Notes under the pieces: model-generated
Database searches by the model: none
Told to the model about the DNA's origin: nothing
The model's input: only the letters and a program-made list of their open reading frames with translations
Part shown: positions 1-11,318 of the stretch, piece after piece
Layout: every line of letters begins with the position of its first letter
Position numbering within the stretch: the stretch's first letter is position 1
NCBI GenBank assembly: GCA_030704615.1
Contig: CM060733.1
Location: 43,524,001-43,588,000, forward strand
Direction of reading: 5' to 3'
DNA length: 64,000 nucleotides
Origin: Takakia lepidozioides
Taxonomy: Eukaryota; Plantae; Bryophyta
Translations under genes and position numbers: made by a program

Positions 1-215
1 CCGAGGGAACCTCTCCCACTTGGTCTTTGGGCTATCATTCTCTGTCTTATGCAAGAACTCTCGGGCCGCACCTCCTCAGGCTCCGGGACACGACCTTAGT
101 GGGGCCTTTCCAATGATTCTAATTTTCACATGTCTTAGGCTAACCTTCCTCTACACCCACATGCTAAAGGGAAGAACATGAATAGTGCACCAAAAATCAA
201 GGTGAGGGAAAATAC

Positions 216-1012
216 CACTGTTGGACTGGTATGTCTATTTTTTAATACCAGACTGATCCAGGTATCAAGGGTCCCACCCTTTTTTCATACCAGGCTGGTA
301 TAAGTATTTATACAGACATGAGCAACCTGGGTATGAATAGGGTATGAATTTTTATATTTTGGGCTGTATATGAGTATGGTACTGGTATCTTTTTCTTTTT
401 TTTGATACTGGGGGTATATGAGCACTGGTATGGTATTTCATCCACATTAATATCATCCATATCCATTTTTTATTTTTATTTTTATTTGTTAAAGCTGAAG
501 TGCGCACCTCAGCATCAAGAGGGTCCTCGTCTCCAAAGGGAAGTGCTCAGATCAGGCAAAGGTTAGAAGAAGCCGACCCCAGAAGAAGAAAAACACCTGC
601 CAAGATTGCATACACATAGCACGTATGTCCCTAAGAGCCTTCATGAAGGCAGATTGTTTGCTGCAAGGCCAAAGACTAGAATATTGTTGCAATCCGCAGC
701 CACTACTTTGCTCATTGAAGGAGCCGCACCCTACTGCAGCATAGGCACAAAAATCTAACGCCATCGCCATATTGATACCCAGCTCTGTCCACCATAAAGT
801 TGTGCAATACTGGTATCGTGACCACGCTGCACTTGCACATACCCAGACTGGTAAGGTATGTGTGGGGGGGAATCCTAAAGACATACTCCCCCCAGTACGT
901 GTATGACATGGGTACACTGGTTCGTTCATACCCGACTGGTATGTTCTTCAATATATATATTCATACATGTATTCTATACCTAGGTCCAACCAGGTATATC
1001 AGTCCAACACTG
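216..1012. mobile_element. Non-autonomous hAT-type element / MITE (797 bp)
   Basis: Left terminus CACTGTTGGACTGGTAT; right terminus reverse-complements to CAGTGTTGGACTGATAT. Identical 8-bp flanks GAAAATAC at 208-215 and 1013-1020. Internal CTGGTAT-like subterminal repeats. An 8-bp TSD with CAG termini is typical of hAT. Confidence 0.85.
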
Positions 1013-2210
1013 GAAAATACAACCTTAAGGCGCTTAAGAGCACCATCTTTTTAGCTTGGGTGGCTGCCCGTATTGGGCAGCCCCTTACTCTTAGCTAATG
1101 CTCTTTCTAGTTGATTTAGTGAATCCCCATGGTTCTAGGACCCTATGGGGTGTTAGTCCACTTAGCCTCCAAGCTTAAAACATGAAAAAATTGGCGATAG
1201 CTTCGCCGTAATATGGAAATCTTTCTTTATAAACTGTAAATGGCTCCAAGGCCTACAAGGTATGGGGCTAGAAGCCAACTCTAGCTCCCACAAAATAATG
1301 CTCTCAGTACTAGCAAACTCGAGCTCTACTTGCTAGGACCTAAGCTCCTCAAGCAACTATGGTGCTAGATTCCAACTCTAGGGGGGATGCTAAATTCTAC
1401 GAGCCCAGCCCAAGAGCCCAAGAGCATTTGAGCCCAAGAGCCTGACGTGAGCCCAGTCCACGTGGCATGAAAATTGGGGGAGATGCAGGGTGTATTTCCG
1501 CGGAAGATGACACATTACCGCAGAAACACGTCTTTATCCACATTAACCCTGAAACCCCAAGCTCGAACCCCAACCCTTAACAACCTTATCACCCTACCTC
1601 AACCCCGACAGTCAACCTTCACCATCTAGCGCCTGTGCATGGTACTGCGCACCGACCTCATCCATGGACCATCCATCCATCCATCCATCATCCATCCAAT
1701 AAATATCCATCCAGCATCTCTCCATCATCCATCATCCAACAACCATCATGGCTGGAACATTCAACTTGAAAAGCACAATAATACTAACCGTGAATTCATT
1801 TCACAATGTTTTGCATGCTCATGTGTGGTCTGATCCCCAACAAATTCACAATTCAAAGTCTGCAGCTAATGTGTTCCCTTCTATTTTCTTGCACTTCCTT
1901 GTCCCTCTTGAACCATGCTGGAATGATCCCCCTACATCCCCAGCATCTACATGACAAAAGTGTTTTTGTTGTGCTGCTATGATTCAGGTATGGATGATCC
2001 ATACCTTGTAAGCATGGTAGTAAACGCCTGCAAGAGACAAAATGAAGAATGTATGTGGTGTGAAAGAAAGGGGCAAAACATTCCCCACGACATTCACTTC
2101 AAGTCACCAGAGTACCATTCCGTCCCATCCATGCCGCAGCGGAAGGGAAGACATGGGTAGGACACATATCCGTCACAGATAATCGACTGCCTTGCATGTG
2201 ATCACGCATG

Positions 2211-2647
2211 TGTCGAGCGGCTTTTACTCACCCATCCCTTAGCTATCCGAGGTGGAAACTCCAAGATAGAAAAATTAGAAATCTCTAAGTACTCGGCCCG
2301 CTCAAAACAATCAGTCATGACCTACAACTAGTGTATCATGGGGGTGCTTCCTATTTGTATTCCTTCTTGCATTCATGTTAGCAAATTACCTTACCGTCTA
2401 TGATTAAGTATCAGATTGCTTCTGCAATCCATGTTCCATCTACCCAAGCATTCATTCCACAGCTTCATTCAAGTCTCTCTACACAGTGTGAGTATGAAGT
2501 ATGAAATATGTATCAAATTAATATCTATCAAGTATCAGGCTGATGCCATGGTGTCTCTAATCTGCTCTACAGTACATCTCTACAGCTTGCATGTATCAAG
2601 CTTCATCACATCGTATCTCTATCCCTGTGCTCCATGAACGTGCTCTC
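2211..2647 (-). mobile_element. Diverged partial LTR (3' end) of the local Gypsy family, interrupted by the element at 2648
   Basis: Begins TGTCGAGCGGCTTTTACTCACCCATCCC, close to the reverse complement of the LTR end at ~3520-3549. Similarity runs until the + strand LTR starts. Confidence 0.8.
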
Positions 2648-3549
2648 TGTTAGAGGACTGTCGGGGACTTAGACACTTATACGGGATCTGTAGGGTACCC
2701 TTAATTTTTGCACAGACTGAGACCAACAGGAGCCTTAGGGGTGACAGCAGCGCACTGTAGAAGGGGGTTACACAGCCCGTCACAGTCGTCACAGCCGACA
2801 CAGCCAACACAGCCAACACAGCCCGTCATAGTCGTCACAGCCGACACAGCCGACACAGCCCGGCACAGCCAGTCACAGCCCGTCACAGTTTCACACAGCC
2901 AGTCACAGCTTGACACAGCTGTCACGATCATAGGGAACGAAGAGTAAGACAGGGAACGACTGTGGGGAACAACACCTGCGAAGGGAACATGTTAGTTCAC
3001 AGACGACGGTTAGTGAGGGAAACGGTTAGAACCACGGATAGGAAGATAAAGGGAGAAATGGGGAATGGAGGGATATCATTCGGAGGAGGACTTCTTGGTC
3101 ATGGAGGAGAGGGGATCGGGCAGAGATGAAGAACGGAAGTGAAGATAGAGAGATGATGAGTAGATGCTTGATATATGCAAGGCTGTAATGATATTGTAGA
3201 GCAGATTAGAGACACAATGGCTTCGGCCTGATACCTGATAAATCATAATCGGATACTTTTACGATACAATCACACTGTGTAGAGAGATCTGAGTGAAGCT
3301 GTGAAATGAATGGATGAGTTGATGGAATCCAATAGATTGATAAAGCAAACTGATACTTAATTATCAATGGTAAGATAGCTAACATGAATACCAAAAGGGA
3401 AACAAATAGGAAACACCCCCATGATACACTAGCTGTAGGTCATGACTGATTGTTCTGCGCGGGCTGAGTACTTAGAGATTTCCAACTCTTCTATCTTGGA
3501 GTTTCCGCCTCGAATAGCGAAGGGATGGGTGAGTAAAAGCCGCGCGACA
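2648..3549 (+). repeat. 5' LTR (TG...CA, 902 bp) with an internal CACAGCC-type tandem array (~2770-2925)
   Basis: TGTTAGAGGACTG...AAAAGCCGCGCGACA. Closely related copies at 13643-14680 (-) and 62929-63832 (+). Confidence 0.93.
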
Positions 3550-4137
3550 TTTGGCGACCATACTGGGGACCTGAGACATGAACAACCAGATGTGACAGGC
3601 ATCTGGTGGGATCATGGTGGTTGGACCATTAAAGAATTTGAAGTGAATCAAATTCCCTGTGGAACGAAGGAAGAAAGATTGTCCAAACAATTCTTTCAAA
3701 GGTTCTTGGAATTGCCAGACGGTTGTAAAGAAAATATTCTTAAGCGAGTGCATGATGCTGATCCAGAATGGGGTCTGGAGAAAGGAGTGATAAAGATTTA
3801 TCAGGTAGCCTGTAGAGGAAGAGCACGTTGGTTACCAACATTGGTTTATGTGATAGCATTGCTATCCATTAAACGAGTAGAGTTTGAAGGCTGGGAAGAA
3901 AGAAAGGTGAATGTTTATACTCATATGCATGAAGAGCTTGTACTGGTAAAGAATTGGATTCCAAAGGATATTTTGTGGATCAAACTCACACCAAGAACAG
4001 CTTTTCAGACTTGTTTGCCATATGGTTATATGGTAACGGAGACTTCAAGTATAGCCAAGGGTGCATTGAAGCTTGAAAGAAACCCAGGCATATACGAGAG
4101 ATATTACAGAAGAGAGTTTTGGTTATTGCCACATTAA
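3442..4137 (+). CDS. Extra ORF upstream of gag, unknown function (true start uncertain)
   Basis: Open for 231 codons and ends 21 bp before the gag ATG. The post-PBS part is almost identical in the copy at 63835-64000. Confidence 0.5.
   Translation: MTDCSARAEYLEISNSSILEFPPRIAKGWVSKSRATFGDHTGDLRHEQPDVTGIWWDHGGWTIKEFEVNQIPCGTKEERLSKQFFQRFLELPDGCKENILKRVHDADPEWGLEKGVIKIYQVACRGRARWLPTLVYVIALLSIKRVEFEGWEERKVNVYTHMHEELVLVKNWIPKDILWIKLTPRTAFQTCLPYGYMVTETSSIAKGALKLERNPGIYERYYRREFWLLPH
3552..3569 (+). promoter_or_regulatory. Primer-binding site TGGCGACCATACTGGGGA (probably tRNA-Arg type)
   Basis: Starts 2 nt after the LTR terminal CA, begins with TGG, and recurs at 63835-63852. It resembles the TGGCGAC...CTGGGGA Arg-type PBS of plant Tat/Ogre elements; the tRNA identity is inferred. 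Confidence 0.75.
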
Positions 4138-4158
4138 AAGAAATGAAAGACATGGGAC

Positions 4159-7100
4159 ATGAGTGATGAAAGAGAAGCTAGACGACAGAGATATTCAGCA
4201 AAAAGAGAAAGCTATCTGAAAGCTAATTATCCATATCTTTGGGAGAGAGGAATAGACATAGGGGAATCATCTGGACCTCTCACACCATTAAGATCAAAGA
4301 GTGCATCACCTATACCGGAAGAACTAGAGTTGGATGCCACTCCTTCTGTTTCTTTGCAAGAAAGATTAAGGGAATTGGTACAGGAAGAAGATCAATCACG
4401 AGGTGAAAGATCTGAGGTACATCCTTGGATAAAAGACTTGACAGAAATCTTTGATAAGAGTTGGCATGGAACACCAAAAGCAGGAACTCCAGTTTCTGAA
4501 GCAGAAGGTGAAGAAGGAGAAGAGGATGTGGCAGAGCCAACGGAGAGTTCAGACTCTCCAACACCATTACAGTTGAGTTACATGAGTGAAGAAGAAACCC
4601 AAGGGCAGAACTTGGAGGATGAAAACAGAGAGAAGAAATTAGAAGAGGAAGAATATGAAGAAGTAGACCCAACAGCTGAGGTTGAGACTACAACCAGGAC
4701 ATCCCAACCCGTTGGACCTGGATCAAGTGGAGCACTTGGATCACAGGCCAACGAAGGTGTCGGCTCAGGGGGATCAGGCGGGCTGCCTGGATCTGGCTCT
4801 GGGGGGACAGGGAGTGTGGGAAGTAGTGCAACTGAAGCTGGGAATACTGTGAATATCGTGGGGCCAGAAGCAGGGAGTGCTCAAGGGCCACCACTTGGTG
4901 GAAGATCCACCACAAAAACAACAGGTCCAGAAGGACCAGCACCAGCAAGGGTGCCAGCACCTGTCAGTGGGCAGAAGGTAGGGCCACAGATGGCGTTACA
5001 ACCAACACGGGCAAAACCACCCTTTCCAATATATTCAGGAAAAGGGGATCCCGATGTACACATTAGCCAATTTGAGCACATGTGTATAGTGAACAATGAG
5101 AATGGCGATGATGCCAAGATGAGACTGTTTCCTTGTTCACTTATCAAGAAAGCAAGTGAATGGTATGCAAGATTCCCTGATAATCATTTCCTAACCTGGA
5201 ATGGCTTGAATACAGCATTTCGAAATAGGTTCAGGACAAGTAAAACTGAGGATGAAGTGTATGGAAGTTTACAACAGCTGAAGCAGAAGAAGCATGAAAC
5301 TGTTGAAGAGTATATGGAGAAGATGGAATTGATGATGAAAAAGCTGGCTGCAGTACCAGCGCCCGGTTTACAGAAGACTTGGTTTGTGAGTGGACTAAGA
5401 CCAGAGTTGCAAAAGAAAGTGGATATGTTACCCCATAATACAGTGGAGGAGGCATTTGAAACTGCGAACAGAATTGAGCAATTGGGAATGCTCAGGAGAG
5501 AGAAAAAAGAAGATGAGGACTCTGAGGATGAGTCAGATGAAGAAGAAGAGCAAGAACTAAAAAGAAAGAGTAAGAGAAAGGAGAAGTTGAAGAGGGATAA
5601 CTATGAAAAAAAATTGGAAGAAATCTTGAAGAAGTATGCCACAGAGGCTGCAACACATTGGAGGAAGGGTGTATGGTGTGCAAAGTGCCAGAATGAAGGC
5701 CATACCACCACAGAATGCCACATGAAGGAGAAACACTGTACTATCTGTAAAATGGATAACCATTCTACTGAGAATTGTTACTACAACAGAAGGACAGCTG
5801 CAAGAGAACCTAGGCAAGTAAGGGTGCATCAGGTGCAGCCCCAGCCAAGAAGAAACAATGATCAGGACCACTATGGTAGGTCTGGTGGTTATAACAATGG
5901 CATGGAAGGGAGAGGTAATTCAAGAGGGAATTACCAAGGAAATTCCAGAGGCAACTATCAGGGTAATCCAAGGGGGAATTACCAGCCCGGGAATCAGGAT
6001 TATAGAAATAATCCAAGAACAGACCAAGGGCGAGGACCCAATGGTGAAGAGCTATGTTACTATTGTAATCAGCCAGGACATCGCAAGGCAGCCTGTTCAT
6101 TCTGGATAAGACACCAGAATGAGATGAGAGCTCCTGTGAATGAGGGCCCAGTGGTGGCAGCTCACATGGTTAGGCCATGTGTTGTACCAGAAGTAAGTAC
6201 AATGATAGTAACAAGAAGTAAAGCCAAACTAATACCTCCAGTAGAAGAGGAAGAAGATGAGAATGGAAGTGGCAATGATATGCCTGAAGATGAAGAGACT
6301 TGGAAAGATGAGAAGGAACTGCACAAGGAAGTGGCAGATACTATAAGGGAAATGCAAAAGAGTACTGATATTCCTGTGGCAGATTCCTCTGATTCGGATG
6401 GAGAAAAAGAAGGGAGTGAGGAAGAAAGGAAAAAAGAAGATGCAGACATGCAAAGTAATGAAGAGACTTTGGCTGAAGTAATATGCCAGACCAAAGCAGA
6501 AATTACCATTGGACAGCTATTAGCTGTGGCACCTTATTGTAGGCACAGGCTGTATCAAGCAATCAATCGAATTGCCCAAGAGACAGGAAACACAGACCTG
6601 AACAGCAAGGTGACCAGTTATAATGTGAAGCCGGAAGGGCGAGAAACAGTCATGGACTTTGATGATTCTATGCCAGTAATCCAATTGAGAATTGGAAGCA
6701 CAGAACTAACTGATGTACTGATAGATGGTGGTTCTGGAGTAAATATCATGACAGACCAATTAAGGAAGAAGCTTGGTCTAAGTAACATGAAACCAGCCCC
6801 ATTTACAGTAACAATGGCAGATCAAAGAAGTGTACAGCCATTGGGATTAATAAGAGGAGTTAAGATACAGATACAGAAAATGATCTTTATGATCACAGTA
6901 ACTGTATTAAAAATGGATGAAGTCATGGAGGCTTACTCCTTATTATTGGGACGTCCGTGGCTGAAACAGGCCAGGGTATTCCATGACTGGAATTCTCAGT
7001 TACTAACCGTGCATAATGGGATACACGAGATACAAATTACCACAAAGAAATCTAGTAGATTACCTGCTACAAGAAGACCTCGAGGAGTCAGAGAGTATGA

Positions 7101-7194
7101 CTGGAAGGAGGACTGGATGAGGAGCAGGAAGCTACCCTATTTGCTGCACACCCAGAGTGGGAGCAGGTTGCAGAGATGCGGCTGGAAAGCCTAA
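4159..7194 (+). CDS. gag: Gag plus aspartic protease polyprotein
   Basis: Retrotransposon-gag-like core (LFPCSL..KASEWY; LKQKKHETVEEY). Three CCHC knuckles: CAKCQNEGHTTTEC, CTICKMDNHSTENC, CYYCNQPGHRKAAC. Protease motifs VLIDGGSGVNIM and LLLGRPWL. Confidence 0.93.
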   Translation: MSDEREARRQRYSAKRESYLKANYPYLWERGIDIGESSGPLTPLRSKSASPIPEELELDATPSVSLQERLRELVQEEDQSRGERSEVHPWIKDLTEIFDKSWHGTPKAGTPVSEAEGEEGEEDVAEPTESSDSPTPLQLSYMSEEETQGQNLEDENREKKLEEEEYEEVDPTAEVETTTRTSQPVGPGSSGALGSQANEGVGSGGSGGLPGSGSGGTGSVGSSATEAGNTVNIVGPEAGSAQGPPLGGRSTTKTTGPEGPAPARVPAPVSGQKVGPQMALQPTRAKPPFPIYSGKGDPDVHISQFEHMCIVNNENGDDAKMRLFPCSLIKKASEWYARFPDNHFLTWNGLNTAFRNRFRTSKTEDEVYGSLQQLKQKKHETVEEYMEKMELMMKKLAAVPAPGLQKTWFVSGLRPELQKKVDMLPHNTVEEAFETANRIEQLGMLRREKKEDEDSEDESDEEEEQELKRKSKRKEKLKRDNYEKKLEEILKKYATEAATHWRKGVWCAKCQNEGHTTTECHMKEKHCTICKMDNHSTENCYYNRRTAAREPRQVRVHQVQPQPRRNNDQDHYGRSGGYNNGMEGRGNSRGNYQGNSRGNYQGNPRGNYQPGNQDYRNNPRTDQGRGPNGEELCYYCNQPGHRKAACSFWIRHQNEMRAPVNEGPVVAAHMVRPCVVPEVSTMIVTRSKAKLIPPVEEEEDENGSGNDMPEDEETWKDEKELHKEVADTIREMQKSTDIPVADSSDSDGEKEGSEEERKKEDADMQSNEETLAEVICQTKAEITIGQLLAVAPYCRHRLYQAINRIAQETGNTDLNSKVTSYNVKPEGRETVMDFDDSMPVIQLRIGSTELTDVLIDGGSGVNIMTDQLRKKLGLSNMKPAPFTVTMADQRSVQPLGLIRGVKIQIQKMIFMITVTVLKMDEVMEAYSLLLGRPWLKQARVFHDWNSQLLTVHNGIHEIQITTKKSSRLPATRRPRGVREYDWKEDWMRSRKLPYLLHTQSGSRLQRCGWKA

Positions 7195-9941
7195 GTTGTT
7201 TGAGAGGTATCTGCTGTGGTGTAGTGACAGCAACACCAACTGAAGAGGAAACCAGCATTTACCCATCACATTTCTATGAAGAAAGAGAAGGAGAAATAGA
7301 AATCCTAGAAGAACCAGCCACTGTGAGCTTACAGGATGAAGTGGTGACTGGTTGGACAATCACAGCTGATGAGCAGGTGAGGGAAGTAAATGTGGGAACT
7401 AAAGAGGAACCGAGGATGGTGAAAGTAGGAGCTGATTTGGAGCCGGAATTCTTCGAAGAAGCTAAAAGCTTGTTCATCAAATACAGAGATGTATTTGCTT
7501 GGAGCTATGAGGATCTAAAAGGGATACCACCTGAAGTCTGTCAGCATAAGATTGAACTGGAACCAGGGTCAGTACCAATCAAGCAGGCGAGGTATAGAAT
7601 GAATCCCAACTACGCACAGAAGGTTGGAGAAGAGATAAAGAAGTTGGCTGAGGCTAAGTTTATATACCCAATAGAGTATACAACTTGGTTGTCACCCATT
7701 GTTATAGTTCCCAAGAAGAATGGCAAACTAAGAGTATGTGTGAACTATAAGAAGCTGAATGCTTGTACGAAGAAAGATCCTTTCCCTTTGCCATTCACAG
7801 AAGCAGTATTAGACACTGTGGCAGGCCATGAGATGTACTCATTCATGGATGGCTTCAGTGGTTATAATCAAGTGCAAGTGGCAGAAGAAGACCAAGGGAA
7901 AACAGCTTTCATCACAGACTGGGGGGCTTATGCATACAAAGTCATGCCCTTTGGACTTTGTAATGCACCAGCGACCTTTCAGAGAGTGATAAGTGAATCT
8001 TTTCATGAGTATCTGGATGATTTCATGCAGGTATTCTTGGATGATTTCAGTGTGTACAGCTCTAAGAATGAGCACTTGCATAAATTGGAGTTATGTTTGG
8101 CCAGATGCAGGATGAGAGGTCTGGGCCTGAATCCAGAGAAGTGTACTTTCTGTGTGAACTCAGGGGTGCTTCTGGGACACATTGTGTGTAAGAAGGGACT
8201 CCTTGTGGATCCCAGAAAGACAGAGTCCATTAAAGCCTCTCCACCACCAGTGAATGTTAAAAGTCTACGGAGATTCCTTGGGCAAACCAGTTATTACAGG
8301 AGATTTGTCAAAAGGTATGCACAAATAGCAGCACCATTGAGCAAACTACTGAAGAAAGATGCAGTGTTTGCCTGGACAGCTGAATGTCAACAGGCATTTG
8401 AGGAACTTACACTGTCAGTAACAACTACACCTGTGCTGATTAACCCTCACTGGCATGTAGTATTCCATGTTCACTGCGATGCATCAGGAGAAGCGTTGGG
8501 AGCGGTGTTAGCCCAGAATGTTACAGGGAATATAGATTCACCTGTGTACTATGCTAGCCGGTTGATGAACAGTGCTGAGAGGAACTATAGCACAACGGAA
8601 AGAGAAGCATTGGCAATGATCTATGCAGTGAAGAAATTCAGGCATTACCTGTTGGGCAAGAAGTTTATGTTCTATGTGGATCACCAGGCTCTGATATACC
8701 TGGTAAACAAACCTCTGATAAGCGGAAGAATAGCAAGATGGTTGATAATCTTGCACGAGTTTGAGTTCGAGGTTGTTTACAAGCCTGGGAGACTGCATCT
8801 TGTGGCGGATCATTTGTCACGATTGTCAACAGGAGAACCAGCCACAGGAATAGATGATCAATTACCAGATGCGAGTCTCTTTGCAGTGGAGGTGCAGGGA
8901 AGTGCAGATGACTGGTTAGATTGGCAGTGGCCAATCAGATACTACCTTGCTCATGGTCAGTGCCCACCTAGTTATGGTAAGGAGCAGAGGAAGAGAATCG
9001 CTATCAAAGCTTTACCTTATACTATGGTAGGAAGCAGAATGTATAAGTTAGGACCTGATGGAGTACTAAAACGATGCTTGTACCACCATGAAGTAAATAA
9101 AGTTTTGGCGGAAGTTCATAAAGGAGTGGCTGGAGGTCATTTTGGAGAAGAGACTACCAGTAGAAAGATACTACTCGCAGGATACTGGTGGCCTACTTTG
9201 TTCAAAGATGTACACGAGTATTGTCAGAAGTGTGATGAATGTCAGAGGCTAGGACCTTTGCAGAGATCTGGAAGGATGGCCTTGCATCCTACAATGCCTA
9301 CGGAACCATTTCAGAAATGGGGACTAGACTTTGTTGGACCAATTAACCCACCATCCAAGAATACACGAAACAGGTACATAATTACAGCCACTGATTATAC
9401 TACAAAGTGGGTGGAAGCTAAAGCTTTGAGGGACAACACAGCCAAGTCCACAGCAAGGTTCCTGTACGAGAACATACTTACACGATTTGGCTGTCCCTTA
9501 GAATTTATCAGTGATCAGGGAAGTCACTTCATGAATGAGACCATTGAGTTGTTGACTAAAGAGTTTATGATTGTGCATAGAAAGAGTACAACATATTACC
9601 CACAGGGTAATGGGCAGGCAGAGGCTACCAACAAAATACTATGTACTATCTTGGCTAAGATAGTCAATGCAAACAGAACGGATTGGGATACAAAGCTGCT
9701 GACAGCTTTGTGGTCATACAGGACTTCATATAAAGTCACCACTAAGTATACACCATTCCAATTAGTTTATGGTATGGAAGCCTTACTTCCAGTGGAATTC
9801 CTGTTACCTACCATGAGAACGGAGTGGGGAAAGAGAATGGAATTGCAAGACTCCATCAAGGTCAGGAAACATGAATTATACCATGTGGAAGAAGTACGTG
9901 CTGATGCAGCTGATAATATGACCAGAATTCAGATGAGATGA
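7176..9941 (+). CDS. pol: Pol: reverse transcriptase, RNase H, integrase (C-terminus with WKGPY continues to ~10170 after a stop/frameshift)
   Basis: RT: KKDPFPLPF, MPFGLCNAPATFQR, FLDDF. RNase H: HCDAS, NYSTTEREAL, YVDH. Integrase: HH-CC (VH..GGHFG..CQKCDEC), WGLDFVGP, SDQGSHF, QAE. Confidence 0.95.
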   Translation: MRLESLSCLRGICCGVVTATPTEEETSIYPSHFYEEREGEIEILEEPATVSLQDEVVTGWTITADEQVREVNVGTKEEPRMVKVGADLEPEFFEEAKSLFIKYRDVFAWSYEDLKGIPPEVCQHKIELEPGSVPIKQARYRMNPNYAQKVGEEIKKLAEAKFIYPIEYTTWLSPIVIVPKKNGKLRVCVNYKKLNACTKKDPFPLPFTEAVLDTVAGHEMYSFMDGFSGYNQVQVAEEDQGKTAFITDWGAYAYKVMPFGLCNAPATFQRVISESFHEYLDDFMQVFLDDFSVYSSKNEHLHKLELCLARCRMRGLGLNPEKCTFCVNSGVLLGHIVCKKGLLVDPRKTESIKASPPPVNVKSLRRFLGQTSYYRRFVKRYAQIAAPLSKLLKKDAVFAWTAECQQAFEELTLSVTTTPVLINPHWHVVFHVHCDASGEALGAVLAQNVTGNIDSPVYYASRLMNSAERNYSTTEREALAMIYAVKKFRHYLLGKKFMFYVDHQALIYLVNKPLISGRIARWLIILHEFEFEVVYKPGRLHLVADHLSRLSTGEPATGIDDQLPDASLFAVEVQGSADDWLDWQWPIRYYLAHGQCPPSYGKEQRKRIAIKALPYTMVGSRMYKLGPDGVLKRCLYHHEVNKVLAEVHKGVAGGHFGEETTSRKILLAGYWWPTLFKDVHEYCQKCDECQRLGPLQRSGRMALHPTMPTEPFQKWGLDFVGPINPPSKNTRNRYIITATDYTTKWVEAKALRDNTAKSTARFLYENILTRFGCPLEFISDQGSHFMNETIELLTKEFMIVHRKSTTYYPQGNGQAEATNKILCTILAKIVNANRTDWDTKLLTALWSYRTSYKVTTKYTPFQLVYGMEALLPVEFLLPTMRTEWGKRMELQDSIKVRKHELYHVEEVRADAADNMTRIQMR

Positions 9942-10304
9942 AGCGAAGGAACAGTTTGATGAAGGCAAGTTAAAGACTTTTAAGACGGGGGATTTGGTTC
10001 TATGGTTGCAGAAGAAAGGAAAGATTCAAGCTTCTAAGCTTAAATCACCATGGAAAGGACCTTATGTCATACAAAAGATGTATGATAACAACACCGCCAT
10101 GTTACAAACCATTAACAAAAAGAAATGCTGGGAAGAGTCAATGCCAATAAGTTGAAGGGGTACAGTGGTATCCATGACAAACCCTTGCAGCATGATTTGC
10201 ATGTTGAACCGCAAGAGCAGTCACGGGCTGCACCAGTGTTACGAACGGAGTATGGAGCACTTGTCGCTAGGCCCAGCATATATGACCAGGGGGGCAAAAC
10301 AAAC

Positions 10305-10630
10305 GTGACACAGCCTATCACAGCCCATCAAGGAAAGCACAGCCTATCACAGCCCATCACGACGTGACACAGCCTATCACAGCCCATCACAACGTGACAG
10401 CCTATCACAGCCATCAGGCAAGCACAGCCTATCACAGCCCATCACGACGTGACACAGCTATCACAGCCCATCAAGGCAAAGCACAGCCTATCACAGCCCA
10501 GCACGGCGCAACACAGCCTATCACAACCTACCACAGCGTGTCACAGCCTATCACAGCTTACCACAGTGCATCACAGCCTATCACAGCGTAACACAGTATG
10601 ACACAGCCTGTCACAGCTCAACACAGCCTA
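10305..10630 (+). repeat. Tandem CACAGCC(T/C)ATCA array downstream of pol
   Basis: Many short imperfect units that share the CACAGCC core with the LTR array. Confidence 0.85.
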
Positions 10631-11318
10631 CTAAAGTTACACGATCCATAGAATCAGTGACAAGTGGACGCATAATAACTTCAGGAAAATGGCTGACGGA
10701 AAAGAAAACGGAAATTACTTTAAAAATAGACACGTGGAGGTCAGGGCGCGACACACAGCCGAGAAGGAAGTGCAAGAACAGGTGTCAAAAAGAAAGAGGA
10801 CAAGAACGGCCGTCAAAAGGGATGAAAGGCGGGCCCATTAATGAATACGGAAAAAGGGAAACGGAACGAACGGCAAGTACAGAAAAGCGGAATTCTTGTC
10901 ACATGTGTGATCCTAGTGGACTATCCAACAGGAAAGTCCACTAAAGAAAATAAAATCTAAAATCCAGTCACAGCGGATACAGCCAATAGAAAACCAGAGA
11001 AAGGATCAAGAAAATGGAGGGAAATTGAGCGCAAGAGGCGGCGTCGTTCTGAGTAACGGGCGTCTCGACGGGACAGACCATCAATGCTATAGCTTGGAAA
11101 CTATGGAGGAACTAACAGACTATACGCTCGCAATATTACTTACGCAGTGGCATAGACACGAAAGGACAGAGCGGAGCTTTTCTCTTGAGCGATGCTTGCA
11201 AGCCCCGCAGGCTTACAAGAAATTACCCATAGCTTTCTGCGGCAACCATACGTTTATGCTTTGTGCACTACAGGCATTCCTGCAGTTGTTACAGCCAAAA
11301 CAGTTCTGTGAGTCTAAA

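Noticed and set aside
1030-2210. Host gene or LTR in the first 2 kb
   Set aside because: Only short ORFs, a CCAT microsatellite and GAGCCCA repeats are present. No recognisable domain or boundaries.
7100-7200. Programmed gag-pol frameshift
   Set aside because: The shift lies after the protease with no clear slippery site. Single-base indels are common throughout the window, so a mutation or sequencing error is more likely.
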